Below are positions 29,139-37,949 of a DNA stretch of 64,000 bases, piece after piece; the first letter of the stretch is position 1, and each line of letters starts with the position of its first letter. The notes under the pieces are model-generated. The model was given only the letters and a program-made list of their open reading frames with translations, was not told the origin of the DNA and did not search any database. The DNA is from Candidatus Binatia bacterium. Its GTDB lineage: Bacteria > Desulfobacterota > Binatia > HRBIN30. A program made the translations under genes and the position numbers. The stretch is taken from positions 57,227 to 121,226 of the forward strand of contig JAOAHD010000003.1 in assembly GCA_026415395.1 (NCBI GenBank), read 5' to 3'.

Positions 29139-30286
29139 GACGCCCGGTGGCTGTTGTCGGTGTTGGACAAACCCATCACGCGTCGAGACGCTCCGACGTA
29201 AGCATCGCCGGGCTTGTCCGCGAGGCAGTCGAGCGTGCGTTACTCGATGCTGGCTTAGAGCACAAGGACATCGATGCCGTGATCATCGGCAAAGCTCCGG
29301 ACATGTTGGAAGGCATCGCTCAACCGGAGCAGTACCTCGTTGGTGCCGTTGGCGCCCACTTGAAACCTATGCTCCGCGTGCACACCGCCGGCTCGGTCGG
29401 GGCGTCGACCGCGATCACGGCAGCAACGCATGTGGTCTCGGGGCTTTATGACCGAGTTCTGACGGTAGCATTCGAGAAGCAGTCGGAGGGCAACACGATG
29501 TGGGCACTCTCGCCCAATCTGCCCTTTACGCCACCGCTCGTGGCCGGAGCCGGTGGTTACTTTGCCCCATACTGCCGAGAGTACATCGCGCGAAGCAAGG
29601 CACCCCTGCACATCGGTCCGCTCACGATGGTGTACGCCCGCGAGAACGGTGCGCGGAACGAGTACGCGCATTTAAGGGAACCAGTGACCATTGAGCAGGT
29701 AATGGACACGCCGATGTTGTGGGACCCGATTCGCTTTGGAGAAACTTGCCCGGCCTCGGATGGTGCCGTCGCAATGATTTTGTCTTGCGAAGAGCTCGCC
29801 AAAAAGGGCCCACGCAAGCCAGCGTGGATCAAGGCCGGGTACACGTTTGCCGAAGCCATGTGGGTGCCCAATCGCGATCAAGTGAGTCCGAAGGCTGGGC
29901 AAATGTGTGCGCGGAAGGTTTATGAAGCCGCCGGGATCACCGACCCTTGGAAGGAAATCGACACGGCAGAGCTTTACGTGCCGTTTTCTTGGTTTCAGGC
30001 GATGTGGTTAGAAAATCTCGGGTTTTGCCCAGAGGGTGAAGGATGGAAGGCAATCGATCGCGGAGACACGCGATTCGGCGGACGACTGCCCATCGACCCT
30101 TCGGGTGGCGTACTCTGTACGAACCCCATTGGCGCTTCCGGGATGCTACGGCTCGCAGAAGCTGCCTTACAGGTGATGGGCCGTGCAGGAGCGCATCAGG
30201 TAGAAGGTGCGAAGACGGCTTTGGGCCACGCCTATGGGGGTGGCGCGCAGTACTTCGCCATGTGGATTGTGAGTAGCGAATTGTGA
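29135..30286 (+). CDS. Thiolase-fold (SCP-x/Ltp-like) protein, apparently lacking canonical catalytic Cys/His
   Basis: ATGA start/stop overlap with the upstream gene and an AGGAGG RBS. VAVVGVGQT..., VHTAGSVGASTAITAA (Gly where the nucleophilic Cys is expected), DPSGGVLCTNPIGASGM (TNP instead of GHP). Confidence 0.8.
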   Translation: MRRPVAVVGVGQTHHASRRSDVSIAGLVREAVERALLDAGLEHKDIDAVIIGKAPDMLEGIAQPEQYLVGAVGAHLKPMLRVHTAGSVGASTAITAATHVVSGLYDRVLTVAFEKQSEGNTMWALSPNLPFTPPLVAGAGGYFAPYCREYIARSKAPLHIGPLTMVYARENGARNEYAHLREPVTIEQVMDTPMLWDPIRFGETCPASDGAVAMILSCEELAKKGPRKPAWIKAGYTFAEAMWVPNRDQVSPKAGQMCARKVYEAAGITDPWKEIDTAELYVPFSWFQAMWLENLGFCPEGEGWKAIDRGDTRFGGRLPIDPSGGVLCTNPIGASGMLRLAEAALQVMGRAGAHQVEGAKTALGHAYGGGAQYFAMWIVSSEL

Positions 30287-30310
30287 TTGAGTGGGGGGAG
30301 GCCTGAGTCA

Positions 30311-31129
30311 ATGAGTGGAACAGAACCAGCAGTGCTGTTTGAAAAGCGCGATGGCGTTGCAGTGGTCACCATGAATAGGCCAGAGGTTCGCAACGCGATC
30401 AACCCGGAAATGTTGTGCCGACTGGCCGATGCTTGGGAAACCATCAACGAGGATCCTGAGATTCGGGTGGCGATCCTCACGGGCGCTGGAGATAAGGCTT
30501 TTTGTGCCGGGGCGGACCTCAATAAGCTTGTGCGGATGATGCAGGGACTGCGGCCTCCGGAAAACGAGTTCGACGAGCGGATCAAAAACGATGTCAGCAT
30601 TATCTACAAAGGGTTGCTCCGGAACTACCGGGTACACAAACCGTTGATTGCGGCCGTGCGGGGCTTTTGCGTGGCCGGAGGCACCGAGTTGCTGACGACT
30701 ACGGATATTCGGGTGGCGAGTGACGATGCTCGGTTTGGTCTGGCCGAAGTGAAGTGGAGCCTCTTTCCCATGGGCGGGTCGACCGTGCGCCTCCCGCGCC
30801 AAATTCCCCTCTGCTTTGCGATGGAAATTCTGCTGACGGGAGAGCAATTCTCTGCGGCCGATGCCCTGCGGATGGGCTTGATTAACAAGGTCGTGCCGGG
30901 GGACCAGGTGATGCCTGAGGCTTGGAGGTATGCGGAAATCATCCGGGACAACGGCCCACTCGCGGTTCAGGCAGTGAAGCGCTCGGTCCTCGACGGATTG
31001 GACTTACCGAGCGATAAAGCGTTAGAGCACGAACTCGAACTCGGGATCCCGGTGTCGATGTCCGAGGATTGCCGCGAGGGGACGAAGGCGTTTAACGAAA
31101 AACGCAAGCCGGTCTTCAAGGGCCGTTAG
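30311..31129 (+). CDS. Enoyl-CoA hydratase/isomerase (crotonase) family
   Basis: VVTMNRPEVRNAINPEM, LTGAGDKAFCAGADL, GGTELL. RBS GGGGGGAGG. Confidence 0.85.
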   Translation: MSGTEPAVLFEKRDGVAVVTMNRPEVRNAINPEMLCRLADAWETINEDPEIRVAILTGAGDKAFCAGADLNKLVRMMQGLRPPENEFDERIKNDVSIIYKGLLRNYRVHKPLIAAVRGFCVAGGTELLTTTDIRVASDDARFGLAEVKWSLFPMGGSTVRLPRQIPLCFAMEILLTGEQFSAADALRMGLINKVVPGDQVMPEAWRYAEIIRDNGPLAVQAVKRSVLDGLDLPSDKALEHELELGIPVSMSEDCREGTKAFNEKRKPVFKGR

Positions 31130-31131
31130 TT

Positions 31132-32799
31132 ATGTTGGCGCACTTGGCGCGAATCTTCGATCTGATCGCCCAGGATATCGGGGAACGAGAGGCGCTGATT
31201 TGGCGAGGTCGTCGCTTCTTGTACCGGGAGCTGGCGGACCGCAGCAAGCGTTTTGCGAAGGCTCTGCTTGCCCAAGGGCTGGGTTGCAAGCGGGAACGGT
31301 CTGGCTTGCAGCCGTGGGAGTCAGGCCAGGACCATATCGCCCTCTACTTGTACAACGGGAATGAGTACTTGGAGGCCGCATATGGCGCCTACTTCGCCCG
31401 CGCTGTGCCGATCAATGTCAATTACCGGTACGTTGAGGACGAACTCCTGTATGTTTTAGAGAACAGCACAGCCCGCGCGATTGTATACCATGCGTGCTTC
31501 GCGCCGCGGGTGCAGGCAGTTCGCCAGAAGCTGCCGCAACTGCAGTTTTTCATTCAAGTGGCGGATGACTCGGGAGAGGAGCTGCTGCCCGGAGCGGTGG
31601 AGTACGAGGATCTGTTGGCTCAGCATTCTCCTGATTTGCCTCCCCTGCCCTATTCGCCTGACGATTTGTACATCCTCTACACAGGCGGAACGACCGGCCT
31701 ACCGAAAGGGGTCGTTTGGCGGCAGGAAGATGTCTTTTATGCAGGCCTGGGCGGCCATTTGCCAGGGTTCCCTCGCATCGAGACCGACGAGCAACTTCTA
31801 GAGCTGGCTCGAGCTGGTCTGGGAGGGCGGCCCGTGGTTGCCGCACCGTTCATGCACGGTGCCGGGCACTGGACCTGCTTTAACACATTTCATCGCGGTG
31901 GCACGGTCATTCTTCCCGACGAGACTCGCCATTTCGATCCGCACGCCGTTTGGCGGGCGGTTCAGGAGCACCGTGCGGATGCCTTGGGTTTGATCGGCGA
32001 CGCCTTCGCATTGCCTCTTCTCGATGCGCTCAAGCAACAGAGGTACGATACCTCCTCGATTCGCGTTTTGGTCAGTACGGCCGCTGTTCTATCTCCGTCC
32101 GTGCGAGAGGAGCTGCTGCGGTACTTACCGGAAGGCGTCTTCGTGATCGAAAATATCGGCGCGAGCGAGGCTGGGCTGCAAGCGCTGAGCTTCGACACAC
32201 GTTCAGGGTACCAGGGAATCCCTGGCTATCAGTTGCGCGAGAATACAGTGCTCTTGAACGCGGAGCGTACGGGAGTGCTCGACCCGAATCACGTGCGTTT
32301 CGGCCCGTCCGGGGACGTCGGTTGGGTCGCCACCAAAGGTCATATCCCCCTCGGCTACCTCAGTGATCCAGAAAAAACGAGGGAGACCTTCCCTGTGATT
32401 GGCGGGGTGCGGTACTGCGTGGGCGGGGACCGTGCTTGTTACGCGGAAGATGGGCGCGTGCTGTTTTTGGGGCGTGAAAGCTTTTGCATCAACACCGGGG
32501 GCGAAAAGGTTTACGTGGAAGAAGTCGAGCGCGTTCTCAAGAGCCATCCGGCAGTCTACGACACGCTGGTGGTCGGCCTGCCAGACCCACGTTGGGGCCA
32601 ACGGGTCACCGCAGTGATCGTGGTTGCTCCTGGGCAGCGCCAGCCCACTCTGGAGGAGATCCGGGCTCACTGCGCAACTTATTTGGCTGGGTATAAAATT
32701 CCGCGCACCCTGGTTTTCGCTCCGGAAATTGTTCGCAGCCCGAGCGGAAAGCCCGACTATCACTGGGCCCGAAAGTACGCTCTCGAACACAGTAGCTGA
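31132..32799 (+). CDS. Acyl-CoA synthetase (ANL / AMP-dependent ligase)
   Basis: YTGGTTGLPKGV P-loop, NTGGEKVY, and the C-terminal SPSGKPDY lysine motif. It starts 2 nt after the crotonase stop. It is a clear paralogue of 44647-46296. Confidence 0.85.
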   Translation: MLAHLARIFDLIAQDIGEREALIWRGRRFLYRELADRSKRFAKALLAQGLGCKRERSGLQPWESGQDHIALYLYNGNEYLEAAYGAYFARAVPINVNYRYVEDELLYVLENSTARAIVYHACFAPRVQAVRQKLPQLQFFIQVADDSGEELLPGAVEYEDLLAQHSPDLPPLPYSPDDLYILYTGGTTGLPKGVVWRQEDVFYAGLGGHLPGFPRIETDEQLLELARAGLGGRPVVAAPFMHGAGHWTCFNTFHRGGTVILPDETRHFDPHAVWRAVQEHRADALGLIGDAFALPLLDALKQQRYDTSSIRVLVSTAAVLSPSVREELLRYLPEGVFVIENIGASEAGLQALSFDTRSGYQGIPGYQLRENTVLLNAERTGVLDPNHVRFGPSGDVGWVATKGHIPLGYLSDPEKTRETFPVIGGVRYCVGGDRACYAEDGRVLFLGRESFCINTGGEKVYVEEVERVLKSHPAVYDTLVVGLPDPRWGQRVTAVIVVAPGQRQPTLEEIRAHCATYLAGYKIPRTLVFAPEIVRSPSGKPDYHWARKYALEHSS

Positions 32800-32852
32800 A
32801 CGGGGAGGGAAGCGGGGCACGCTTACGGGCTGCCAATGAAGGAAGTTTTTGT

Positions 32853-32874
32853 TTGACAAACAAACGTTTGTTGG
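32853..32874 (+). promoter_or_regulatory. Promoter -35 plus TetR-type operator (site B), upstream of the TetR-P450-ferredoxin operon
   Basis: TTGACAAACAAACGTTTGTTGG. It contains a 14-bp perfect palindrome, AACAAACGTTTGTT (32859-32872), overlapping TTGACA. A TTAAT-type -10 lies at about 32876-32881. Confidence 0.65.
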
Positions 32875-32915
32875 GTTAATTGGGGGTCGTGCAGCGGAGG
32901 CGCAACCCGACAGCG

Positions 32916-33581
32916 ATGGAGACGAAGTCAACGCGGGACGTGATCCTCGACGTTGCCGAACGACAGTTTGCAGAGCGCGGGTTCCGTGGTGTTTCCGTGC
33001 GGGAAATTGCGGCTGAGGTCGGGCTGAAAAACCAGGCCAGCTTGTACCATTATTTCCGGAACAAACGCGCGCTGTACGAAGCGGTGCTAGCGCGTGGGGT
33101 ATCCACGCTCGTGGAGCTTGTGGCCTCTGGGGCACCTACGGAAGAGCGCACGCAAGACCATCGTGCTGTCGTAGAGGCGACGATCGATCGGGTTGTCGAT
33201 TACCTCGTGCTCCATCCGCACCTTCCCCGCTTGATCCAAAGGGCAGGGATGGACGATGTGCAGGCCTTTCGAGGGACACTGGTGCGTCTTTTACGTCCGC
33301 TCTTTCAGCAAGGAATCGGCGTGCTCGCTGTAGCAGGGGCACCGTGGCGGCGGGAAGAACTGCCGCACTTGGCTGCAGGGATTTATCATTTGATTTTTGG
33401 TTACTTCGCTAACTCCCCGCTGTTGTCGGTAGTGACTGAGAGCAACTGGCTGGATGCCGCGTCGTTGGCGCGGCAGCGCCGCTTCCTGAAAGCTGCCGTG
33501 AGCGAGCTGCTCGGGTTCCGTCGTTCGGGTGAGGTCCGGCTGCTCGGTACCGTGGCGAGTGGGCAAACAGCCGTGAAGTAG
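32916..33581 (+). CDS. TetR/AcrR family transcriptional regulator
   Basis: HTH region ILDVAERQFAERGFRGVSVREIAAEVGLKNQASLYHYFRNKRALY. The start is placed at the ATG at 32916, downstream of the predicted promoter. The TTG at 32880 and GTG at 32889 are alternatives. Confidence 0.85.
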   Translation: METKSTRDVILDVAERQFAERGFRGVSVREIAAEVGLKNQASLYHYFRNKRALYEAVLARGVSTLVELVASGAPTEERTQDHRAVVEATIDRVVDYLVLHPHLPRLIQRAGMDDVQAFRGTLVRLLRPLFQQGIGVLAVAGAPWRREELPHLAAGIYHLIFGYFANSPLLSVVTESNWLDAASLARQRRFLKAAVSELLGFRRSGEVRLLGTVASGQTAVK

Positions 33582-33596
33582 GAAGGAGGTCAGGCG

Positions 33597-34829
33597 ATGA
33601 GACTCGAAGATGTGGATCTCTACAACTTGGATCTTTGGGAACAACGGGTCCCACACGAGATGTTCGCTCTGTTACGGCGCGAAGCGCCGGTGTTTTGGCA
33701 CAAGGAGCCCAAGGGTGGGCCTGGCTTCTGGGCGGTCACGAAGTACGCGGATATCGTACATGTCTCGAAGCACCCTAGGCTCTTTTCCTCTTGGCGTGGC
33801 GGCACCAACATCTTCGATTTGGCTCCGGAGGAGCTCGCGCAGACGCGGATGATGATGCTGAATATGGATCCGCCGCAGCACACGAAGTATCGCCGGCTGG
33901 TTAGTCACGGTTTCACGCCGCGTCGGATTGCGGAACTCGAGCCTCACGTCCGCGAGTTGACGCGCCAGATCATCGATCGCGTCGCGCCAAAAGGCGAGTG
34001 TGATTTTGTCACGGAGATCGCCGCGGAGTTGCCCCTGCAGGTCATTGCAGAACTAATGGGCATCCCTCTGGAGGATCGCCATTTGGTCTTCGAGTGGAGC
34101 AATCGCTTAATTGGCTTTGACGATCCGGAATTTCAGACCTCGATGGAGGACGGGAAACAAGCTGCAGCGGAAATGTGGGCGTATGCCCACACACTTGCGG
34201 AAAAGCGGCGGCGGGATCCGAAGAACGACCTGATTTCTCGCCTGCTCCACGCGGAAATCGATGGGGAACGCCTGAGCGAAATGGAATTTGACTCGTTCTT
34301 CTTGCTTCTCGCGGTGGCGGGAAACGAAACGACGCGGAATCTGATTTCTGGTGGGATGTTGGCCTTGTTCGAACACCCCGATCAGAAGGAAAAGCTGCTC
34401 AAGCACCCCGAGCTGTTACCCACGGCAGTGGAAGAAATGTTGCGCTGGGTCTCCCCAGTGATTTGCTTCCGGCGAACCGCTACCGAGGATACGGAAATTC
34501 GCGGGCAGCGCATTCGTGAGGGAGAGAAGGTGGTGGTGTTTTACATCTCGGCGAATCGAGATGAGGAGGTATTTGAGCGTGCGGACCAGTTCGATATTGC
34601 TCGTTCGCCTAACGAACACATCGCGTTCGGGATTGGCGAGCATTATTGTCTGGGGTCCAATTTGGCGCGGATGGAAATCCGCGTGATGTTCGAGGAGATT
34701 TTGCGTCGCTTGCCGGATATCGAACTTGCCGGCCCACCGCGGCGGCTGCGTTCGAACTTTATCTCTGGGATCAAGTCCATGCCTGTGCGATTCACACCGG
34801 AGCGGCGCCGTGCGGTTGCGCAGGCCTAG
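33597..34829 (+). CDS. Cytochrome P450 (N-terminus resembles CYP124/125/142-type lipid/sterol hydroxylases)
   Basis: I-helix AGNETT, EEMLRW (ExxR), heme loop FGIGEHYCLGSNLA. GGAAGGAGG RBS. Confidence 0.9.
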   Translation: MRLEDVDLYNLDLWEQRVPHEMFALLRREAPVFWHKEPKGGPGFWAVTKYADIVHVSKHPRLFSSWRGGTNIFDLAPEELAQTRMMMLNMDPPQHTKYRRLVSHGFTPRRIAELEPHVRELTRQIIDRVAPKGECDFVTEIAAELPLQVIAELMGIPLEDRHLVFEWSNRLIGFDDPEFQTSMEDGKQAAAEMWAYAHTLAEKRRRDPKNDLISRLLHAEIDGERLSEMEFDSFFLLLAVAGNETTRNLISGGMLALFEHPDQKEKLLKHPELLPTAVEEMLRWVSPVICFRRTATEDTEIRGQRIREGEKVVVFYISANRDEEVFERADQFDIARSPNEHIAFGIGEHYCLGSNLARMEIRVMFEEILRRLPDIELAGPPRRLRSNFISGIKSMPVRFTPERRRAVAQA

Positions 34830-34891
34830 TCGCTGCTGCTTGACGCTATTTGGACTTCGATGCAAGCTGACACCCTAAGGAGTGGCAAACG

Positions 34892-35083
34892 ATGAAAATC
34901 CGCATTGACTACGACCTGTGCGAAGGCAATGCCGTGTGCATGAAAGTGGCCCCCGAGGTGTTCGTTGTAGGCGACGATGATCGCGCCCATCTCGTTGACC
35001 CAAATCCATCCGAGGAGCTGCGGGCAAAGGTGGAACTTGCAGTGCGACGCTGCCCCCGCCAGGCATTGTCTTTGGAGGAATAA
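34892..35083 (+). CDS. Small 3Fe-4S ferredoxin (P450 redox partner type)
   Basis: 63 aa. CEGNAVC plus a distal CP motif. AAGGAG RBS. It lies immediately downstream of the P450. Confidence 0.8.
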   Translation: MKIRIDYDLCEGNAVCMKVAPEVFVVGDDDRAHLVDPNPSEELRAKVELAVRRCPRQALSLEE

Positions 35084-35132
35084 AATGTTGGCCCTGCGCG
35101 GCCACTGAGCTGATTTTGAACGCGTAAGACGC

Positions 35133-36050
35133 ATGGAGCGGATTCGGCAGCTGGGACGTGAGCTATCGAATTGGGGGCGATGGGGTCCGGACGATCAGCG
35201 GGGAACACTGAACTTCATCACGCCAGAGGTGGTGCGGAGGGCAACTGCTTGTGTGCGCTCGGGGCGCGTGTTCAGCTTAGGTCTGCCGTTGGGCCCGGAT
35301 GGCCCGCAGATTGGGCAAGGTGGGCGTGTGAACCCGTTGCACTTCGTCACGGCACTGCACGCTGGCTATGGCTCGCCCGACGGCTTCCACTACAACGACG
35401 ATGTGCTCCTGCTTCCCCTACAGGCGGCTACCCAGTGGGATAGCTTGGCTCATGTGTACTACGACGGCACGCTGTACAACGGCGTGTCTGCGAGTGCGGT
35501 AAGTTCCAGCGGTGCGGCGCGGAACGGGATCGATGCGGTTGGCAACGGCGTACTGACCCGGGGAGTCCTCCTCGACATTGCGAGATTGGAGGGGGTCGAA
35601 CGCCTGCCGCCAGGCTTTGTCATTCGACCAGAGCACTTGGAAGCAGCGGAAAAGGCGGAGCGCGTTCGCGTGAGTTCAGGGGACGCGTTATTGGTGCGCA
35701 CGGGGCACATCACCGTGTTTACCCGAGAGCAGAATCGTGAAGGATACATGCGCCAGATGCCGGGCTTAGGTCTGGATTGCGCTCGTTGGCTCCACGCGCG
35801 GGAGGTCTGCGCAGTTGCGACGGATACGAACGCGGTTGAGGTCATCCCCTTCGAGGACCCGAGCACTCCCTTGCCCTTGCACCTGGTGTGCATCCGGGAC
35901 ATGGGCCTCACGCTGGGGGAGATGTTTTACCTCGAGGAATTGGCTGAGGCCTGCGCAGCCGATGGGGAGTGGGCGTTTTTACTCGCAGCCCCCGTATTGA
36001 AGGTGCGAGGTGGGCTCGGGACGCCACTGAACCCTTTGGCGGTTAAGTAG
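35133..36050 (+). CDS. Cyclase family protein (putative hydrolase, kynurenine-formamidase fold)
   Basis: GTLNFITPEVV...GRVFSLGLPL...TQWDSLAHVYYDGTLYNG resembles the cyclase family pattern. Confidence 0.6.
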   Translation: MERIRQLGRELSNWGRWGPDDQRGTLNFITPEVVRRATACVRSGRVFSLGLPLGPDGPQIGQGGRVNPLHFVTALHAGYGSPDGFHYNDDVLLLPLQAATQWDSLAHVYYDGTLYNGVSASAVSSSGAARNGIDAVGNGVLTRGVLLDIARLEGVERLPPGFVIRPEHLEAAEKAERVRVSSGDALLVRTGHITVFTREQNREGYMRQMPGLGLDCARWLHAREVCAVATDTNAVEVIPFEDPSTPLPLHLVCIRDMGLTLGEMFYLEELAEACAADGEWAFLLAAPVLKVRGGLGTPLNPLAVK

Positions 36051-36078
36051 CGTCCTCACGTGAATCCTCCGGGTGAGG

Positions 36079-36705
36079 CTACCGCCAGAGCAAACGCTTG
36101 ATCCATTGTTCGACTTCCTCCAGCAAGTGCTGCGGATCGCTCCGCATGCCCCCTTCGACCCAGTTGGCCAATAGTGTCTGATTCACCGCACTGAAGAGCC
36201 GAGCGAGCAACAAGGGTGGGGCCTCAACAAAAATCCCCTCGGCGATACCGCGGGCAAAAATGCTTGCTTGTAGCCGCTGGATCTCAGCCCACACGGCTGC
36301 CCTCTTCCCCGTCCCGTTTTCCGGACTGTGCATCCACGCCGCTCCCAGTCGCAGGTGCATCCGCAAGAAATGGGGCCGTTCGGAAAAGTACAGCACGTAA
36401 TCGCGCAGCAACTCGAAAAAGGCAGTCGTAGCCGACCCCTCACGCGCCGCTGCCCTGCGCACGAGTTCGAGAATCTCTCCACCACGAGCTTCGAGCAACG
36501 CCTGAAGCACCTCTTCTTTGCTACGGAATACCGAGTAAATCGTTCCCATTGAGAGAGCGGCTCGTCGGCCAATCTCCTGCATCGAGGCAGCAGAGAACCC
36601 CCTTTCCGCGAAAACTTGCTCCGCAGCCTCCAGGATGTGCTGCCTGTATACTGCTAAGCGAGCTTCCCGAGCGCGCTCTCGAGGGGACCGCGTCACTTTC
36701 TTCAC
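36079..36705 (-). CDS. TetR/AcrR family transcriptional regulator
   Basis: HTH ILEAAEQVFAERGFSAASMQEIGRRAALSMGTIYSVFRSKEEVL. A GTG at 36705 is the likely start, because the ORF start at 36741 would overlap the divergent promoter. Confidence 0.8.
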   Translation of the reverse strand: MKKVTRSPRERAREARLAVYRQHILEAAEQVFAERGFSAASMQEIGRRAALSMGTIYSVFRSKEEVLQALLEARGGEILELVRRAAAREGSATTAFFELLRDYVLYFSERPHFLRMHLRLGAAWMHSPENGTGKRAAVWAEIQRLQASIFARGIAEGIFVEAPPLLLARLFSAVNQTLLANWVEGGMRSDPQHLLEEVEQWIKRLLWR

Positions 36706-36734
36706 GAGCCCACCCCTACCATCGAAATACCCGA

Positions 36735-36765
36735 TTGACAATGCGCGATAGCGAATGATAATTCG
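36735..36765 (+). promoter_or_regulatory. Candidate sigma70-type promoter with a palindrome overlapping the -10, upstream of the LLM-ALDH-ADH operon
   Basis: TTGACA (36735-36740), a 16-nt spacer, then GATAAT (36757-36762). The palindrome CGAAT-GATA-ATTCG (36752-36765) covers the -10. It is divergent from the TetR gene. Confidence 0.45.
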
Positions 36766-36812
36766 GGGACCTGAAATATCGGTTCGGAACGAAGGGACGG
36801 GAGGGCTGAGCG

Positions 36813-37937
36813 ATGGAGTTTGGCATTTTTTCTCAAATGCATGTGCCGCCGTGGGATGATGAACACTCGCGTTTCATGAGGGAATTGGAGGTGGCCGAGG
36901 CGGTGGAAGCAGCCGGGTTCAAATACGATTGGGCACCGGAGCACCACTTTCTGCAACACTACTCGCATCAGCCCGCGCCGGAGGTGTTTCTGAGCTGGGT
37001 GGCAGCGCGGACAAAACGGATCCATGTCGGAACAGCGATTACGAACATCACCGCGCCGGTGAATCATCCCGTTCGCGTGGCGGAGCGCATCGCAACGATG
37101 GATCATTTGTCCGAAGGCCGGGTTGAGTTCGGCACCGGTCGTGGCTCGTCTTCAGCTGAATGGGCTGGGTTCTGTATCCCCTCTGCCGCCGAAACTAAAC
37201 CCATGTGGCGTGAGTCTTTGGAGCAGATTCCCCGTATGTGGCAGGACGGGGTGTACGAGTACGAGGGTAAGTATTTTCGCGTGCCGCCACGCAATGTGTT
37301 GCCGAAGCCGTACACGAAACCGCATCCGCCTCTGTGGTTGGCTTGTTCAAGTCCGCAAACCTTTACAGAAGCCGGCGAGCTTGGCCTTGGAGCATTGTGT
37401 TTCACCTTCGGGACACCAGCAGAAATTGCCCACTTGGTGCGCGCGTACAAAGAGGCGATCCAGCGCTGCACGAACCCCATCGGGGGTTACATCAACAACA
37501 ATATCGCCGTGACGACCAACATGTTTTGCTTACCGGACGGGGACGAAGCCCGGTATCTGTATGCGAACGCCAAAGTCGAGCGATTTACTGAGTATTTCTT
37601 TCAGTGGCTTGATTCCATCCCCCGCCCAAAAGGCCTCCCGAAAGAGGGCCCGATCGGCCCATTGCCTCCGACGACGCCGGAGCAATTAAAAGCTGGGCTT
37701 GCAGCGGGTGGCCGGCAGGTTGGTGCTCCGGAAGAGATTATCCCTGTGATCCAAATGTACGAGGAAATCGGCGTTGATCAGCTCATTTACGCTCCGCTGA
37801 CCCTGACGATGGACCAAAAGCATGTGTTGCGGTCAATCGAAACCTTCGGCAAGTACGTGCTTCCGAAGTTCGATAAAGACCCAGTTCACAGCACAGTCCG
37901 GCAACGAGAAGCCCAGCTCAAGGCCAAAGCAGCATAA
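36813..37937 (+). CDS. LLM-class (luciferase-like) flavin/F420-dependent oxidoreductase
   Basis: MEFGIFSQMHVPPW...WAPEHHF...VGTAITNI...HLSEGRVEFGTGRG. Confidence 0.85.
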   Translation: MEFGIFSQMHVPPWDDEHSRFMRELEVAEAVEAAGFKYDWAPEHHFLQHYSHQPAPEVFLSWVAARTKRIHVGTAITNITAPVNHPVRVAERIATMDHLSEGRVEFGTGRGSSSAEWAGFCIPSAAETKPMWRESLEQIPRMWQDGVYEYEGKYFRVPPRNVLPKPYTKPHPPLWLACSSPQTFTEAGELGLGALCFTFGTPAEIAHLVRAYKEAIQRCTNPIGGYINNNIAVTTNMFCLPDGDEARYLYANAKVERFTEYFFQWLDSIPRPKGLPKEGPIGPLPPTTPEQLKAGLAAGGRQVGAPEEIIPVIQMYEEIGVDQLIYAPLTLTMDQKHVLRSIETFGKYVLPKFDKDPVHSTVRQREAQLKAKAA

Positions 37938-37949
37938 CGGAGTTTCTCT

